NCBI GenBank assembly: GCA_963726265.1
Contig: CAVSBQ010000002.1
Span: 256,001 to 320,000, forward strand
Direction: 5' to 3'
Source of the DNA: Candidatus Aenigmatarchaeota archaeon
GTDB lineage: Archaea > Aenigmatarchaeota > Aenigmatarchaeia > QMZP01 > QMZT01
Length of the DNA stretch: 64,000 nucleotides
Shown here one piece after another: positions 9,057-19,593 of the stretch. Each line of letters starts with the position of its first letter. Position 1 is the stretch's first letter. The position numbers and the translations under genes are program-made. The notes under the pieces are model-generated. The model was not told the origin of the DNA. It saw only the letters and a list, made by a program, of their open reading frames with translations, and did not search any database.

Positions 9057-10172
9057 TCACTTCAAGAACTTGTCTATATGTTTCCTTGCATGCTCGCGCT
9101 TCCTCGCGTGGTCGAGCAGGAACGCCTCCATCTTTTCTATGAGCATCTGCTTGAGCTCGCCTGAGAGCATCTTGCCGGATTTGTAGTCGTCGTATATCTG
9201 CTGCATCTTTTTGTCGTCGGGCTCGAACTGTGAGTAGAGGTATTGGTAGGCGACGTCGACCTCCGGGACGCCTCCTCGCTTTCGATGCTCCGCCAGCGTG
9301 TCGCGGCCGCCGGAGAAGGCGTATTTCATTATCTTGCTCCTCGCCGTGTCAGGGTCGTCGGTGAGCGCGATGTAGGAATACGGGTCGGAGCTGGACATCT
9401 TGCCGCCTTTCAGGCCCTTGATGAACGCATGATAGGTTGACGACGGCGGCGTGAACTTGTGCTCCTTTTCGAAACGTGACGCGATGTCCCTGCTCAGGCG
9501 GATGTGCGGGTCCTGATCCACGCCGACCGGCACGACTACGTGCCTGTAGCCGCCGAATTCCGGCAGCATGGGGTGAAGGATGTCCGCGACCTGCGTCATG
9601 ACGGACACGACCTTGCCCGGCGTGATTTCGCCGTATACTGCTTTCATCTCGTTGAACGTCACCTTCTTCGCCGACATGCCGGCGAGGCGGTAAAAGGCGT
9701 TGGCCTGGTCCGGGTTTTTCGAGCGGGCACTCTGGAAGTAGAAGTCGCAGTTATTCGGCTCGAGGCCGAGAGCGATGTAGTTGAGCAGGTATTCGTTTAT
9801 GGCGATTTCGCGCAGCTTCTCCATGTCGTCTATGCGCATGTTGTAGGCCTCGATGTCCGCGACGCAGATGAACACCTTCGCGCCAAGCGTCTTCTGGTGG
9901 TAGATTATCTGTTCGGCAAGGATTTTGTGGCCCAGGTGGAACTTGCCCGAAGGCATGAGCCCCGTCATCATCGCGTAGCCTTCCTTCCTCTGGAGCGCGT
10001 CGAGAATCTTGTCGAAGTCTCTGTGTCCGAACACTATGCCACGCCTCATGAGCAGGTGAGGCTCCTTCATGCGCTTGAGCAGCGGGGCGAAAGGCTGGAT
10101 ACCGAATTCGTCACAGAGCTTGCCGTAATCCTTGACCTCGAACGAGCCCCATGGATTGATTTCAGTCTTCAT
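9057..10172 (-). CDS. trpS: Tryptophan--tRNA ligase (archaeal type)
   Basis: TGLMPSGKFHLGH, VPVGVDQDPH, KMSSS, KYAFSGGR. Confidence 0.95.
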   Translation of the reverse strand: MKTEINPWGSFEVKDYGKLCDEFGIQPFAPLLKRMKEPHLLMRRGIVFGHRDFDKILDALQRKEGYAMMTGLMPSGKFHLGHKILAEQIIYHQKTLGAKVFICVADIEAYNMRIDDMEKLREIAINEYLLNYIALGLEPNNCDFYFQSARSKNPDQANAFYRLAGMSAKKVTFNEMKAVYGEITPGKVVSVMTQVADILHPMLPEFGGYRHVVVPVGVDQDPHIRLSRDIASRFEKEHKFTPPSSTYHAFIKGLKGGKMSSSDPYSYIALTDDPDTARSKIMKYAFSGGRDTLAEHRKRGGVPEVDVAYQYLYSQFEPDDKKMQQIYDDYKSGKMLSGELKQMLIEKMEAFLLDHARKREHARKHIDKFLK

Positions 10173-10233
10173 GCAATCGCCACAGATAATCTATATTTTG
10201 ATTCGTTCGTATATATTTCAAACGCTTCCGCCG

Positions 10234-11538
10234 TCAGAGGCCCAGCACCTCCTGATATCCCGGAAGGTCGAGCAGGCCGTGGCCGCTCAGGTTGAATACA
10301 AGCGTCTTCTTCCTGCCCTCCATTTTCGCTTTTAACGCCTGGTCAATCGCCGCTTTCACGGCGAAATTGGATTCGGGCGCCGGAATGATGCCTTCGCTTC
10401 TCGCGAAAAGCCTGCCTGCATCAAATGTTTCCCTCTGGTTATACGTGACTGACTTCACTATTTTTTTGTTAACGAGCAGACTCAGCGTGGGCGCGCAGCC
10501 GTGGTAGCGCAGGCCGCCCGCGTGTATCGCGTCGGGAATGAAATCGCAGCCCAGCGTGCACATCTTCAGCAGGGGCGTGAGCTTCCCCGTGTCGCCGAAG
10601 TCGTATTTGTAATCGCCCCTGGTCATGCTCGGCACGGCGTCCGGCTCGACTGCGATGAATTCGCATTCGCTTTTCCCCGCAAGCTTTTCGCGGATGAAAG
10701 GATACGCGAGACCGGCGAAGTTCGAGCCGCCTCCCACGCAGCCGATTATCACGTCCGGCTTCTCGTCAATCTTCTGCAGCTGCTTCTGCGTCTCCAGCCC
10801 TATGACGGTCTGATGCATGAGCACGTGGTTCAGCACGCTGCCGAGCGAATAGTTCGCTTTTTCATCCTTCGCCGCGACTTCTATCGCCTCGGAAATCGCG
10901 ATTCCCAGTGAGCCAGGCGTGTCCGGCATCTGCGCGCGAATCTTTTTGCCTATCGCTGTCGTGTCGCTCGGAGATGCTACTACGTCTGCACCGAAGAGCC
11001 GCATGAGCATCCTGCGGTATGGTTTCTGTTCATAGCTCACGCGCACCATATAAACCTTGCATTTCAAGTCCACGAAAGCGCAGGCCATCGACAAGGCAGA
11101 GCCCCACTGGCCTGCGCCCGTTTCCGTCGTGAGCGTCTCCACGCCGGCTTTCGCCGCATAATACGCCTGGGCGAGCGCCGTGTTCGGCTTGTGCGAGCCG
11201 ACGGGCGACAAATCCTCGCGCTTGTAGAAGATACGCACGTCATCGGGCAGCTTCAAAAATTTCTCAAGCCTGGTCGCCCTGCACAGAGGACGAGGCCTTC
11301 CTATCTTCAGAAAAAGTTCCCTCAGTTCATCGGGGATTTTCACAAAGCGCTCTTCAGCGAATTCCTGCCTTATCAATTCCTTGCAGAACAAAGGCTCCAG
11401 CATTTCCGGCTTGATTGGCTCGCCATTCGCCGGATTCAATGGCATCGGCAGCGGCTCGGGCAGGTCGGGCAGGATGTTATAGAAGTATCTGGGAAACTCG
11501 CTTTCCTCAAGCTCGACCCTGTAGCCAGAGCTGGCCAC
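10234..11538 (-). CDS. trpB2: Tryptophan synthase beta-like PLP enzyme (TrpB2); true start may be about 11574 with a frameshift
   Basis: [49 protein letters not shown]. Confidence 0.93.
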   Translation of the reverse strand: MASSGYRVELEESEFPRYFYNILPDLPEPLPMPLNPANGEPIKPEMLEPLFCKELIRQEFAEERFVKIPDELRELFLKIGRPRPLCRATRLEKFLKLPDDVRIFYKREDLSPVGSHKPNTALAQAYYAAKAGVETLTTETGAGQWGSALSMACAFVDLKCKVYMVRVSYEQKPYRRMLMRLFGADVVASPSDTTAIGKKIRAQMPDTPGSLGIAISEAIEVAAKDEKANYSLGSVLNHVLMHQTVIGLETQKQLQKIDEKPDVIIGCVGGGSNFAGLAYPFIREKLAGKSECEFIAVEPDAVPSMTRGDYKYDFGDTGKLTPLLKMCTLGCDFIPDAIHAGGLRYHGCAPTLSLLVNKKIVKSVTYNQRETFDAGRLFARSEGIIPAPESNFAVKAAIDQALKAKMEGRKKTLVFNLSGHGLLDLPGYQEVLGL

Positions 11539-11586
11539 CTGTGTTTTTATTTTCGCTCGAATTTTCTTTTCTCATACTCACACCTC

Positions 11587-11793
11587 CTAAACCTGTATTT
11601 TATGCGGGTTCTGCATTGCCAGCATTACCCTCAGGGCGCGCAGTTCCTGCGCGTCTGTCACCGGCTGCATGTTGCCGCCATCAGTTCCCGTGTAAATCCC
11701 CGTATCCGTCAATACCACCTCACGCCTTTCATACATTCCGGGCGGCCTGTAGCCCATGACCTTTATCACATTGCCTATGCCGTTGCTTCTCAT
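11587..11793 (-). CDS. Small hypothetical protein
   Basis: 68-aa ORF MRSNGIGNVIKV with GGAGGTG RBS; ATGA overlap with the upstream HTH gene. Confidence 0.55.
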   Translation of the reverse strand: MRSNGIGNVIKVMGYRPPGMYERREVVLTDTGIYTGTDGGNMQPVTDAQELRALRVMLAMQNPHKIQV

Positions 11794-12125
11794 GCGTCCA
11801 CCTCCTTTTGAAGATTTTCGAGTATTATTTCCCCGATTTTCGTGATTTTCAACGGCTTCCCGCGGCCGTTCTCCACGAGCCCCAGCTCCTTGAGGCTGTT
11901 GACGTTCATCCACACCGTCGATTTCGGGCAGCCCATGGCGCAGGAAATCTCATCCACCGCCGAAGTAATCGTCCTCGAGCCGTCCTGTTCTGCCAGCATT
12001 CTGAGTATCTCCATCTTCCTGCCCCTGAGCACTTTGCCAGAAAGCATGACCACCGCGTTGAGAACCTCGTTCACGCTTACTGCGCCAGAATCCTCTTTCA
12101 GCCCGGAGAGATAGTTGAAAATCAT
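11790..12125 (-). CDS. Winged-helix transcriptional regulator
   Basis: PKSTVWMNVNSLKELGLVE...KITKIG, a wHTH pattern. Confidence 0.75.
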   Translation of the reverse strand: MIFNYLSGLKEDSGAVSVNEVLNAVVMLSGKVLRGRKMEILRMLAEQDGSRTITSAVDEISCAMGCPKSTVWMNVNSLKELGLVENGRGKPLKITKIGEIILENLQKEVDA

Positions 12126-12411
12126 CCCAAAAACCCTTTTTTCCTGAAGTTGCTTCAGGTTATGTCTCAGAAATGGGATGAAGTTTTAGAGCCTGATCCA
12201 AAACTTCATCAAACGATAGAACATGCCGGCGATGCCGTGGGCTGAAAGAAACGACAGTTCGCTTCCGGACATCGCTGCGTTTTGCATGAGTATAAATATG
12301 AGGCTCAATTCTTATAAACCTTGTGTGCAGGATTTTCTGGAGTCTACGCTGCGCCCGCTTCGCCCGGCCGCCCGGCAAAGGATATTTAACGGCCAAAACG
12401 AATTATAAAAC

Positions 12412-13101
12412 ATGAAAAAAAGGCCTCGCAGGAAGAAACCAAGGAAAACGAAGAAAGGGCAGGAAAACGAGCTGCGGGACATCTTCATAGAAAGCCTTTC
12501 TTTCAAGGAGCTCGTCACCTCCGCGATAGAGGTCTACAACAGGGAGACCAACGGCGTGCTGCTGGGACGGAGGACTTTCAAGGAGATAAAGGGGGAGAAG
12601 AAGAAAGTAATCTCGATAAAGAACGTCTACCCGTTCCAGATGGAGAGGCGCACGCCCTCCGAAGTGACGCATGGCAACATAGCCGCTTTCAAGAGGGTTT
12701 TGCGCACGATCGACTCCTTCGACGCGGAGATCGTCGGCGGCTACCATTCGCACACGCCGCCGTACGACGTCGTCCGCCTTTCGCGCGGCGACATAAAATC
12801 GATAAAGGAAGACATCGAAGCGATGCTCAAGATAGGCCACAGGAGGCTCGCGAAGGGCTGGGTGGAAATCCTGCTGTCGATAAAGAGGAAGAAATACGTG
12901 AAGCCCAGCGGCAGGGAGTGGTATATCTGCGACTACATCAAGAAGCTACGCTGCTATCTCAGGACGCAGAAAAGGGTGGGTTGGGACATCCTCCTGTCAG
13001 CCTACTGGGTGTATCCCAAAAAGGCAATAGAAGGCACCAGCACCAGAAAAACCGAGTTCGGCGTAAAGGAAGTCGCAGTCTACGTCGAGTGGATTCTATA
13101 G
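12412..13101 (+). CDS. JAB/MPN (JAMM) domain metalloprotease-like protein
   Basis: ETNGVLLG...VGGYHSHT...LSRGD matches E-xn-HSH-x7/8-S-xx-D. Confidence 0.8.
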   Translation: MKKRPRRKKPRKTKKGQENELRDIFIESLSFKELVTSAIEVYNRETNGVLLGRRTFKEIKGEKKKVISIKNVYPFQMERRTPSEVTHGNIAAFKRVLRTIDSFDAEIVGGYHSHTPPYDVVRLSRGDIKSIKEDIEAMLKIGHRRLAKGWVEILLSIKRKKYVKPSGREWYICDYIKKLRCYLRTQKRVGWDILLSAYWVYPKKAIEGTSTRKTEFGVKEVAVYVEWIL

Positions 13102-13370
13102 TGGCGAAACGGGTCCGGCCTTATTTTTAGCAGAAACGGCAAGTTCCAGAAATAATCGCATTTTTCCGGAGGTTTTTTTATTGTGTTGTAATGGCGCGTG
13201 GCACCTATCATCCCGCTTTTTTTGTCTTCAGTTGGCAGTTTTTCTGCCGCGCGGCTACTGAAACAGCACTGCTCACTTTCAGGGCTCAGAGACCCGTAAA
13301 TGCATTTCGAGCAGTAGGGTTGTTCGTTTCTGAATAAACCGTATTGCCGCAGAAGGCTCTTCAGGCTCAT
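13080..13370 (-). CDS. Hypothetical Cys-containing protein
   Basis: 96-aa ORF with CxxC; convergent overlap with the JAB gene. Confidence 0.45.
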   Translation of the reverse strand: MSLKSLLRQYGLFRNEQPYCSKCIYGSLSPESEQCCFSSRAAEKLPTEDKKSGMIGATRHYNTIKKPPEKCDYFWNLPFLLKIRPDPFRHYRIHST

Positions 13371-13415
13371 ATCTTGAATTGAAGAAAAACTTTTTAAGGA
13401 TATGCTGTTCCTGCA

Positions 13416-14498
13416 TCAGCGCGTGACTTCGAGACTGTTCACTCTTTCAAGAAGTTCTCTCGCCTTCGCATCTTTCTCGAAATGGCGCCTGACCGGCTCA
13501 AGCAGCCCGTTCAAGTGGAAGGCGGCCGCCTTCTTCAGGTCTGCCGGATGTATCTTGCCGTCCGCATACGCCTTCTCCAGCTCACTGTATTTCTCGAAGC
13601 TCAGGTTGCCGCCGAACTTGGCCGGCCTTTCGATTTCGAAGGCCCTGAACTTGCCGGATTCGAAGATTATGAACCTGCAGTATTCCATGACGGGGTTCTC
13701 CTCCGCCTGTTTTTCGGGGCAGTAGGCTTTCGTTATTTTCCGTTCGACTTCCGCAGGCGGGTCGGTCATGAATATCGCGGAATCCGGCTTCGACTTCGAC
13801 ATCTTCATGTCTATCGTCCTCTCCAGTTTGTCCTTCTCGCTGCTCGCCGGCTTGAGCAGCCCCATGAGCATGTGGTGCGAGACGACGACGGGTTTCCAGT
13901 AGCCGAGCTTCGGCCCTATCTCGCGCGCGAGCATGTTGACCTTCCTCTGATCCATGCCGAGCTGGCAGATGTCCGCCTTCAGCTGGAATATGTCCGCTGC
14001 CTGCATACATGGATAAAGGACCTGTGACGCCTGCTGCACCTCGCTCTCCTTCCTGCCCATTATCTGGCCGCAGCGGATTATGCGGTTCACCGTGGCGTTG
14101 CGCGAAACCTGCATGACCTTCTTCCAATAATCATCGTCCTTCACGAGCTCGGACGCCCATACGAATTCGACATTCCCTACGTCGAGCCCGCAGGCCTTCC
14201 AGACCTCGATCAAATATTTGCCCACGGTCTGTATGTTCTCCAGGTTGCCGCCCATCTTGTTGTTGGCCCAGCCGTGCCAGTCCGCGACCAGCATCTTGAA
14301 GCGACAACCAGCGAGAATCATCTTGTTTATGTTTATCGCGCGGAGCAAACCCTGGGCTATGTGGACCTTGCCGCTCGGCTCGAAGCCGTCATACGCTATC
14401 GGTTGCGAATTCTTTTCGAGCAGCTCGCGCAGCTCCTGCTGGGTCACGATCTCCTCGCCTACGCGCGAAACCAGTTCGATTCTTTTTTCGAGGTTCAT
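13416..14498 (-). CDS. tyrS: Tyrosine--tRNA ligase (archaeal type)
   Basis: YDGFEPSGKVHIAQG, YPCMQAADI, GMDQRK, KMSKS. Confidence 0.96.
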   Translation of the reverse strand: MNLEKRIELVSRVGEEIVTQQELRELLEKNSQPIAYDGFEPSGKVHIAQGLLRAININKMILAGCRFKMLVADWHGWANNKMGGNLENIQTVGKYLIEVWKACGLDVGNVEFVWASELVKDDDYWKKVMQVSRNATVNRIIRCGQIMGRKESEVQQASQVLYPCMQAADIFQLKADICQLGMDQRKVNMLAREIGPKLGYWKPVVVSHHMLMGLLKPASSEKDKLERTIDMKMSKSKPDSAIFMTDPPAEVERKITKAYCPEKQAEENPVMEYCRFIIFESGKFRAFEIERPAKFGGNLSFEKYSELEKAYADGKIHPADLKKAAAFHLNGLLEPVRRHFEKDAKARELLERVNSLEVTR

Positions 14499-14762
14499 GA
14501 TTCCACTTTATAGTTTATTGCCAAAGTTAATATCTTTTTATATTCTCCAATGATGACAACACGGAATAAAGAATGCAGCCGGGCCTACATGAAGTAAGCA
14601 TAGAACTCGGAGCTTTCGCTGACAGGCATAGTCCTTTTTTCAGCCAGCGGATTTTTGCTCATGACAGAATAGTGGCAGGCAGCTTATTTAAGCGCGCCGT
14701 GCAGGAAAGGCTGGAGCATAGAACAGCCCCGTTTTATTAAAATCTCTGCCCAATAATCTATC

Positions 14763-15107
14763 ATGGGTGCATGGGAGAGCGCGATCGGCTTCCTGCAGGC
14801 GATAGGCTTCTTCAGCCTGCTCGCCGCGCTGCTCGTCTTCATAGTCGTCTATTTCCTTCTCGTGAACCTTGTCAGAAGGAATGCGAAGCGCGAGCCCAAG
14901 AGATACGAGAAAATCATCTTCTTCATAATCGCCGTAAGCCTTGCCTCGCTGATATTCGTGTTCTCGCTTGGCGAAGGCGCTGCGCTCGTCACGACCTACA
15001 TCTCCATCGCGCTTTTCCTGCTGGCGCTTTTCCTGATGTTCATGATTCTGCTGACATCCTTCTTCGGCAAGGCGGGCTGGAAGTTCTGGAAAATCGCGCC
15101 CGGGTGA
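14763..15107 (+). CDS. Membrane protein of unknown function
   Basis: Three hydrophobic segments. Confidence 0.65.
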   Translation: MGAWESAIGFLQAIGFFSLLAALLVFIVVYFLLVNLVRRNAKREPKRYEKIIFFIIAVSLASLIFVFSLGEGAALVTTYISIALFLLALFLMFMILLTSFFGKAGWKFWKIAPG

Positions 15108-15140
15108 AGATTTTATAAACCGGACGCCTAATTGTGTTGT

Positions 15141-16046
15141 ATGGACAGGATAAAGGATTATGACGTGGAAGACCTGGAAATCGGGAAGCTGATAGGGCAG
15201 ATGAAAAACGCAGGCTTCCAGGCCACGCATCTGGCGGACGGAGTCGAAATCGTAAGGCGCATGAGGAAGGAGAAGGCGACGATTTTCCTCACGTTCACCG
15301 CGAACATGGCGGCCTCCGGCCTTCGCAGTCTGTTCGCCCGGCTCTGCGAGAAGAAGCTTGTCCACTCCATAATCACGACCGGCGGCGCGATAGAGCACGA
15401 TTTCATACGCTCGTTCAGGCCGTATCTGCTCGGCGACTTCAACATGGATGATGCCGCGCTCCACAGAAAGTCTATGAACAGGATAGGCAACATAATCGTC
15501 CCGACTGAAAGATACGTTTTCCTCGAGAAGAAGCTCCAGCCGCTTTTCGCGAGGATGCATAAGCAAAACAAAGCCATAAGCCCGAGCGACATCGCATACG
15601 AACTCGGTCGCATGAGCAAGGACAAAAATTCCTTTTTATACTGGGCCGCGAAGAACGGGATTCCCGTCTTCTCGCCTGGCATAACCGACTCGGCAATCGG
15701 GCTGCAGTCATATTTCTTCAAGCAGGATCATGAGGACTTCGTGATAGACGTCACCGGGGACATGAAAACGCTCGCGAACATCGTCCTTACCGCGAAGAAG
15801 ACGGGAGGCATAATACTCGGCGGCGGGATATCGAAGCACCACGCGCTCGGCGCGAATCTCATGAGAGGCGGCCTTGACTATGCGGTCTACGTCACGACGT
15901 CCCAGCCATGGGACGGTTCGCTGTCTGGCGCGAGGACGAACGAGGCGATATCCTGGGGCAAGATAAAGGGGAAGCAAAGGAGCCACGTGACGATTGACGG
16001 AGACGCGACGATAATCTTCCCGCTTCTGATATCGGAGTTTCTGTGA
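15141..16046 (+). CDS. dys: Deoxyhypusine synthase
   Basis: GFQAT, NRIGN, GGGISKHH, DGSLSGA, EAISWGK. Confidence 0.95.
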   Translation: MDRIKDYDVEDLEIGKLIGQMKNAGFQATHLADGVEIVRRMRKEKATIFLTFTANMAASGLRSLFARLCEKKLVHSIITTGGAIEHDFIRSFRPYLLGDFNMDDAALHRKSMNRIGNIIVPTERYVFLEKKLQPLFARMHKQNKAISPSDIAYELGRMSKDKNSFLYWAAKNGIPVFSPGITDSAIGLQSYFFKQDHEDFVIDVTGDMKTLANIVLTAKKTGGIILGGGISKHHALGANLMRGGLDYAVYVTTSQPWDGSLSGARTNEAISWGKIKGKQRSHVTIDGDATIIFPLLISEFL

Positions 16047-16055
16047 GGTTTTGAA

Positions 16056-16592
16056 ATGGACCTAATCATTCTTCCCGTTGTTTTCATAATAGGCATTCTC
16101 ACGAAGTTAGCGGACCTGATAGCGGATGACGGCATAGAGATAAGATGGATTTTCTCATACGCGATTGGCGTGGTTTACGGCATCCTCATAGCATACATAC
16201 TCACGACGCACCCTGTCCTTGCTCCCATAGGGCTGGCGGCCGTCCTCGCCGTTCTGCTCACCAAAAAGATTGACAGGAAACCGCACAACATAGGCATCGC
16301 TTCCACATTCCTGTTCCTGGCCGTGTGGGGCCTGCCGAGAATAGACATACTGATGACCGCAGTTTTTCTTACGGCAGGCCTGATTGATGAAATAGGCAAC
16401 GATAGGGCGGACAGTGGCAGAATAAAGGGCTCGCTGAAAAAGCTCTTCGATTACAGGCTCGTATTCGAATTGACCGCCTTCTCCGTTTCCCTAGTTACGG
16501 GAGAATGGATAATATTCCTGGGTATACTGAGTTTCGACATCGGCTATCTGCTAACCAAAAGAATCGGCAAAAAATTTGTGAAACTTAAATAG
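16056..16592 (+). CDS. Multi-pass membrane protein
   Basis: Five to six hydrophobic segments; follows dys directly. Confidence 0.7.
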   Translation: MDLIILPVVFIIGILTKLADLIADDGIEIRWIFSYAIGVVYGILIAYILTTHPVLAPIGLAAVLAVLLTKKIDRKPHNIGIASTFLFLAVWGLPRIDILMTAVFLTAGLIDEIGNDRADSGRIKGSLKKLFDYRLVFELTAFSVSLVTGEWIIFLGILSFDIGYLLTKRIGKKFVKLK

Positions 16593-16615
16593 ATAAGTGT
16601 GCACAATTGTAATAA

Positions 16616-17881
16616 TTGCAGGTGTTTTGTATCATAGAAATTCGTTTTCTCGGCGGTTGCAGGGAAGTAGGCAAAATGGGCATGCTCGTCGACACGGGCG
16701 CGGAGAAGTTCCTGTGGGAATACGGCATAAACGTCGAGTCGTGGGGGAGGCCGATACAGCCCGAGATAAACTTCGACGCCGCCTTCGTCTCCCACGCGCA
16801 TCTCGACCATTCCGGCCTGCTGCCGCAACTCTATGGCATAGGCTACGAGGGAGCGATATGCATGGAGCCGGCGACCCTCAGCTTGTTATCAATCCTTTTG
16901 CGCGACTCGCTGAAGCTGCAGAAACGCGAATGCGACACGCTCGACTACCACGCGGGCGACATAAGGAAGCTGGAAACGAACGCGAGGTTCCTGAAGCATG
17001 ACGAGACCGAGGATTTCACGCTTTCGTCGGTGAGCTTCCACAACGCCGGCCACATCCCGGGCAGCGCGCTCACCCTTCTGGAAAGCCGCGGCAAGCGCAT
17101 TCTATTCACAGGCGACATAAAGTTCCTGGACACGAAGCTCATGCAAGGCGCCGATACGGATTTCAAGAACATCGACCTGCTCATTTCCGAGTCGACATAT
17201 TCATACAAGAACCATCCAGACAGAAGGGGCATCGAGAACGCGCTGAGGAAGGCCGTGCAGGAGACCGTTTACGCCGGCGGCGTGTGCGTCATCCCGGCCT
17301 TCGCAGTCGGCAGGACGCAGGAGCTGCTGCTGGTGCTGCAGGACATTGGCGTTCCAGTTTACATCGACGGCATGGGAGCCAAGGCGACGGAAGCGATACT
17401 CCAGCACGCGAAAAGCATTAAGGATCATAAAGCGTTAGCCAGGGCATTCTCCCGCGCGAGAAGGGTGAACAAGCGCAGCGAGAGGGACAGAATTGTCGAA
17501 AAGCCGTGCGCCATCCTTACGACAGCGGGAATGCTCAACGGCGGGCCCGTCATCGATTACATCTCCCGCCTTTACGACAGGCAGGACTGCTCGCTCATCC
17601 TCACAGGCTACCAGGTCCCGGGTACCGCGGGCAGAAACCTTGTGGACACGGGCAGGTTCGTCAGCGGCGACCTGGACGTGAAGCCAAGCATGAGAATGGA
17701 GTTCCTCGACTTCTCCGCGCACACGGACCACGACCATCTGCTCGAGTTCTTCAGGAAGGTGAGGCCGAAAAAGATCGCTCTCGTCCACGGGGAGAAAACG
17801 GTTGAATTCGCGCAGGAACTGAAAGCGAAGGGCTTCGACGCGGTCGCGCCGCAGAACGGAGAAAGCATCAGGGTTGACTGA
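16616..17881 (+). CDS. MBL-fold beta-CASP ribonuclease (start uncertain)
   Basis: FLGGCREVG, SHAHLDHSG, AGHIPG, FTGD, ESTY, FSAH, VHGE. Confidence 0.92.
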   Translation: MQVFCIIEIRFLGGCREVGKMGMLVDTGAEKFLWEYGINVESWGRPIQPEINFDAAFVSHAHLDHSGLLPQLYGIGYEGAICMEPATLSLLSILLRDSLKLQKRECDTLDYHAGDIRKLETNARFLKHDETEDFTLSSVSFHNAGHIPGSALTLLESRGKRILFTGDIKFLDTKLMQGADTDFKNIDLLISESTYSYKNHPDRRGIENALRKAVQETVYAGGVCVIPAFAVGRTQELLLVLQDIGVPVYIDGMGAKATEAILQHAKSIKDHKALARAFSRARRVNKRSERDRIVEKPCAILTTAGMLNGGPVIDYISRLYDRQDCSLILTGYQVPGTAGRNLVDTGRFVSGDLDVKPSMRMEFLDFSAHTDHDHLLEFFRKVRPKKIALVHGEKTVEFAQELKAKGFDAVAPQNGESIRVD

Positions 17882-18401
17882 AGAATTTCTCAAGTGCTTC
17901 GAGCGACGTTCCGAGACCTTCAAGATAATGCTGAAGCCACCATATATCTGCTTCTCTCAGCGCACCATCGCGGAAGTCTATTGCTAATTCTGCACTACGG
18001 AGAAGTTTGTCAGCATGCATTTCACCTGCGGCCATTATGTGAGGTCTGATATAAGGTGGAGGCTCTAGCGCTGGGTAATACTTTAGCACTAATCCCTCGA
18101 ATGCCTCTCCTGCGAGCTCTTCCACAAAATCTCTGGTCTTTGCAAAATATTCTAATTGTTGCAGGGTGGGTTTTTCCCGCAAAATCCTGAAAAACATATC
18201 TCTAGCTGGTCTTCCGGTGGCTGCCATAATTCTTTGCACATAAATCTTGTTATCTGGACTTTCTATTTCCGCCATGCTTCTTTTATGTTCGATGATGTCA
18301 TACACATCGCTACAAAGATTTTTAAAAGGCAATATTTCTACCGGGCTACCAATGCATTTCTCCAATATTCCGCAATCTGGACAGTACTCAGGATGTATCA
18401 T
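17868..18401 (-). CDS. Hypothetical protein
   Basis: 177-aa AT-richer ORF with N-terminal CPDC; TTTAAAAT upstream. Confidence 0.6.
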   Translation of the reverse strand: MIHPEYCPDCGILEKCIGSPVEILPFKNLCSDVYDIIEHKRSMAEIESPDNKIYVQRIMAATGRPARDMFFRILREKPTLQQLEYFAKTRDFVEELAGEAFEGLVLKYYPALEPPPYIRPHIMAAGEMHADKLLRSAELAIDFRDGALREADIWWLQHYLEGLGTSLEALEKFFSQP

Positions 18402-18532
18402 GAAATCACATTAAAGTCTGTTATTTGTAACTATTTTAAAGTAGTTATTTTTATGCCTTAAAAAGCTTTGCGCGGGCCGGATTTGCACACAGAACACCAT
18501 TATTCTTTAATTGACTGAATGTAATAATAATC

Positions 18533-19585
18533 ATGCTTGAAATTCCCGGGGAATACGGCAGCGGCTCGGGGACTATAGTCAGGCTCGCGACGGCTCTTTC
18601 TGCGCTTACCGGAAAACCGATAAAGATAACTGATATCAGCGCGAAGAGGCCGAGCCCTGGCCTGCACCACCAGCACCTCGAAGCGCTCAGAACGATTGCG
18701 AAGCTCTGCTCCGGGAAGCTGAAAGGGGATGAGGTCGGCTCTAAGGAAATCGAGTTCGTGCCCGGGAAAATAAAACACGGCAACTTCGACGCCGTCATCG
18801 AGACCGCGGGATCGATAGGCCTGCTAGGCTATGCGGTCATGATTCCGGCGGTTCATGCAGGCGGCAAAACGGTTTTGAGCATAAAGGGCGGCTCGACGGC
18901 GAGCCTCTGGTCGCCGCCGGTTTACTACATGGAAAACGTTCTTTTCCCGGTTCTTGCGAAGATGGGCATCGAGGCGAAGTTCGCGATAAAAAGGCACGGC
19001 TTCTACCCCGTCGGCGGGAGCGATGTCGTTTTTGAAATAAGCCCGGCGAAGGAGATAAAGCCGCTAAGGCTCACCGAGCCCGGAGAGGTCACCACGATAA
19101 CCGGCCTGTCGATAGCGAGCGCCTCGCTGAAGGACAGGAACGTCGCCGAGCGGCAGATTGCAGGCTACCGCAGGATAATAAGGAAGGAGAAAGGCGTTGA
19201 CATAAAACCGCTTTATGTTGCTTCGAAATCGGCTGGCTCCGTCTTCGTGGTGTGGGCGGAGACGACGACCGGATGCATTTTATCCGGCGACCATGTCGGG
19301 GAGGAAAGGAAACCGGCGGAAGTCGTCGGGGAAGAGGCGGCGTTCAAGCTGCAGGAGGAGATGAAATACCAAGCGACCGTCGGCAACTTCCTCGCTGACC
19401 AGCTCATCCCGTTCATGGCCCTCGCCAATGGCCGCTCCGAGATAATCGCGCCCGACCTGACCGAGCACATAAAGACGAACATCTGGCTGTGCGAGAAGTT
19501 CCTCGGCTCCAAATTCTCCGTCAAGGAAGAAGGCGAAAACTTCAGGATTTCCTGCTCCGGACGTTCCGGGCGCTCTGAAAAATAA
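18533..19585 (+). CDS. rtcA: RNA 3'-terminal phosphate cyclase
   Basis: GSGTIVRLA, RPSPGLHHQH, GFYPVGG, LADQL, TEHIKTN. Confidence 0.93.
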   Translation: MLEIPGEYGSGSGTIVRLATALSALTGKPIKITDISAKRPSPGLHHQHLEALRTIAKLCSGKLKGDEVGSKEIEFVPGKIKHGNFDAVIETAGSIGLLGYAVMIPAVHAGGKTVLSIKGGSTASLWSPPVYYMENVLFPVLAKMGIEAKFAIKRHGFYPVGGSDVVFEISPAKEIKPLRLTEPGEVTTITGLSIASASLKDRNVAERQIAGYRRIIRKEKGVDIKPLYVASKSAGSVFVVWAETTTGCILSGDHVGEERKPAEVVGEEAAFKLQEEMKYQATVGNFLADQLIPFMALANGRSEIIAPDLTEHIKTNIWLCEKFLGSKFSVKEEGENFRISCSGRSGRSEK

Positions 19586-19593
19586 AAATCAAA

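Noticed and set aside
11506..11574. Trp-containing short ORF ([22 protein letters not shown]) overlapping the trpB2 start as an attenuator leader
   Set aside because: It has one Trp, a strong RBS and is one base out of frame with trpB2; more likely the true N-terminus broken by an indel.
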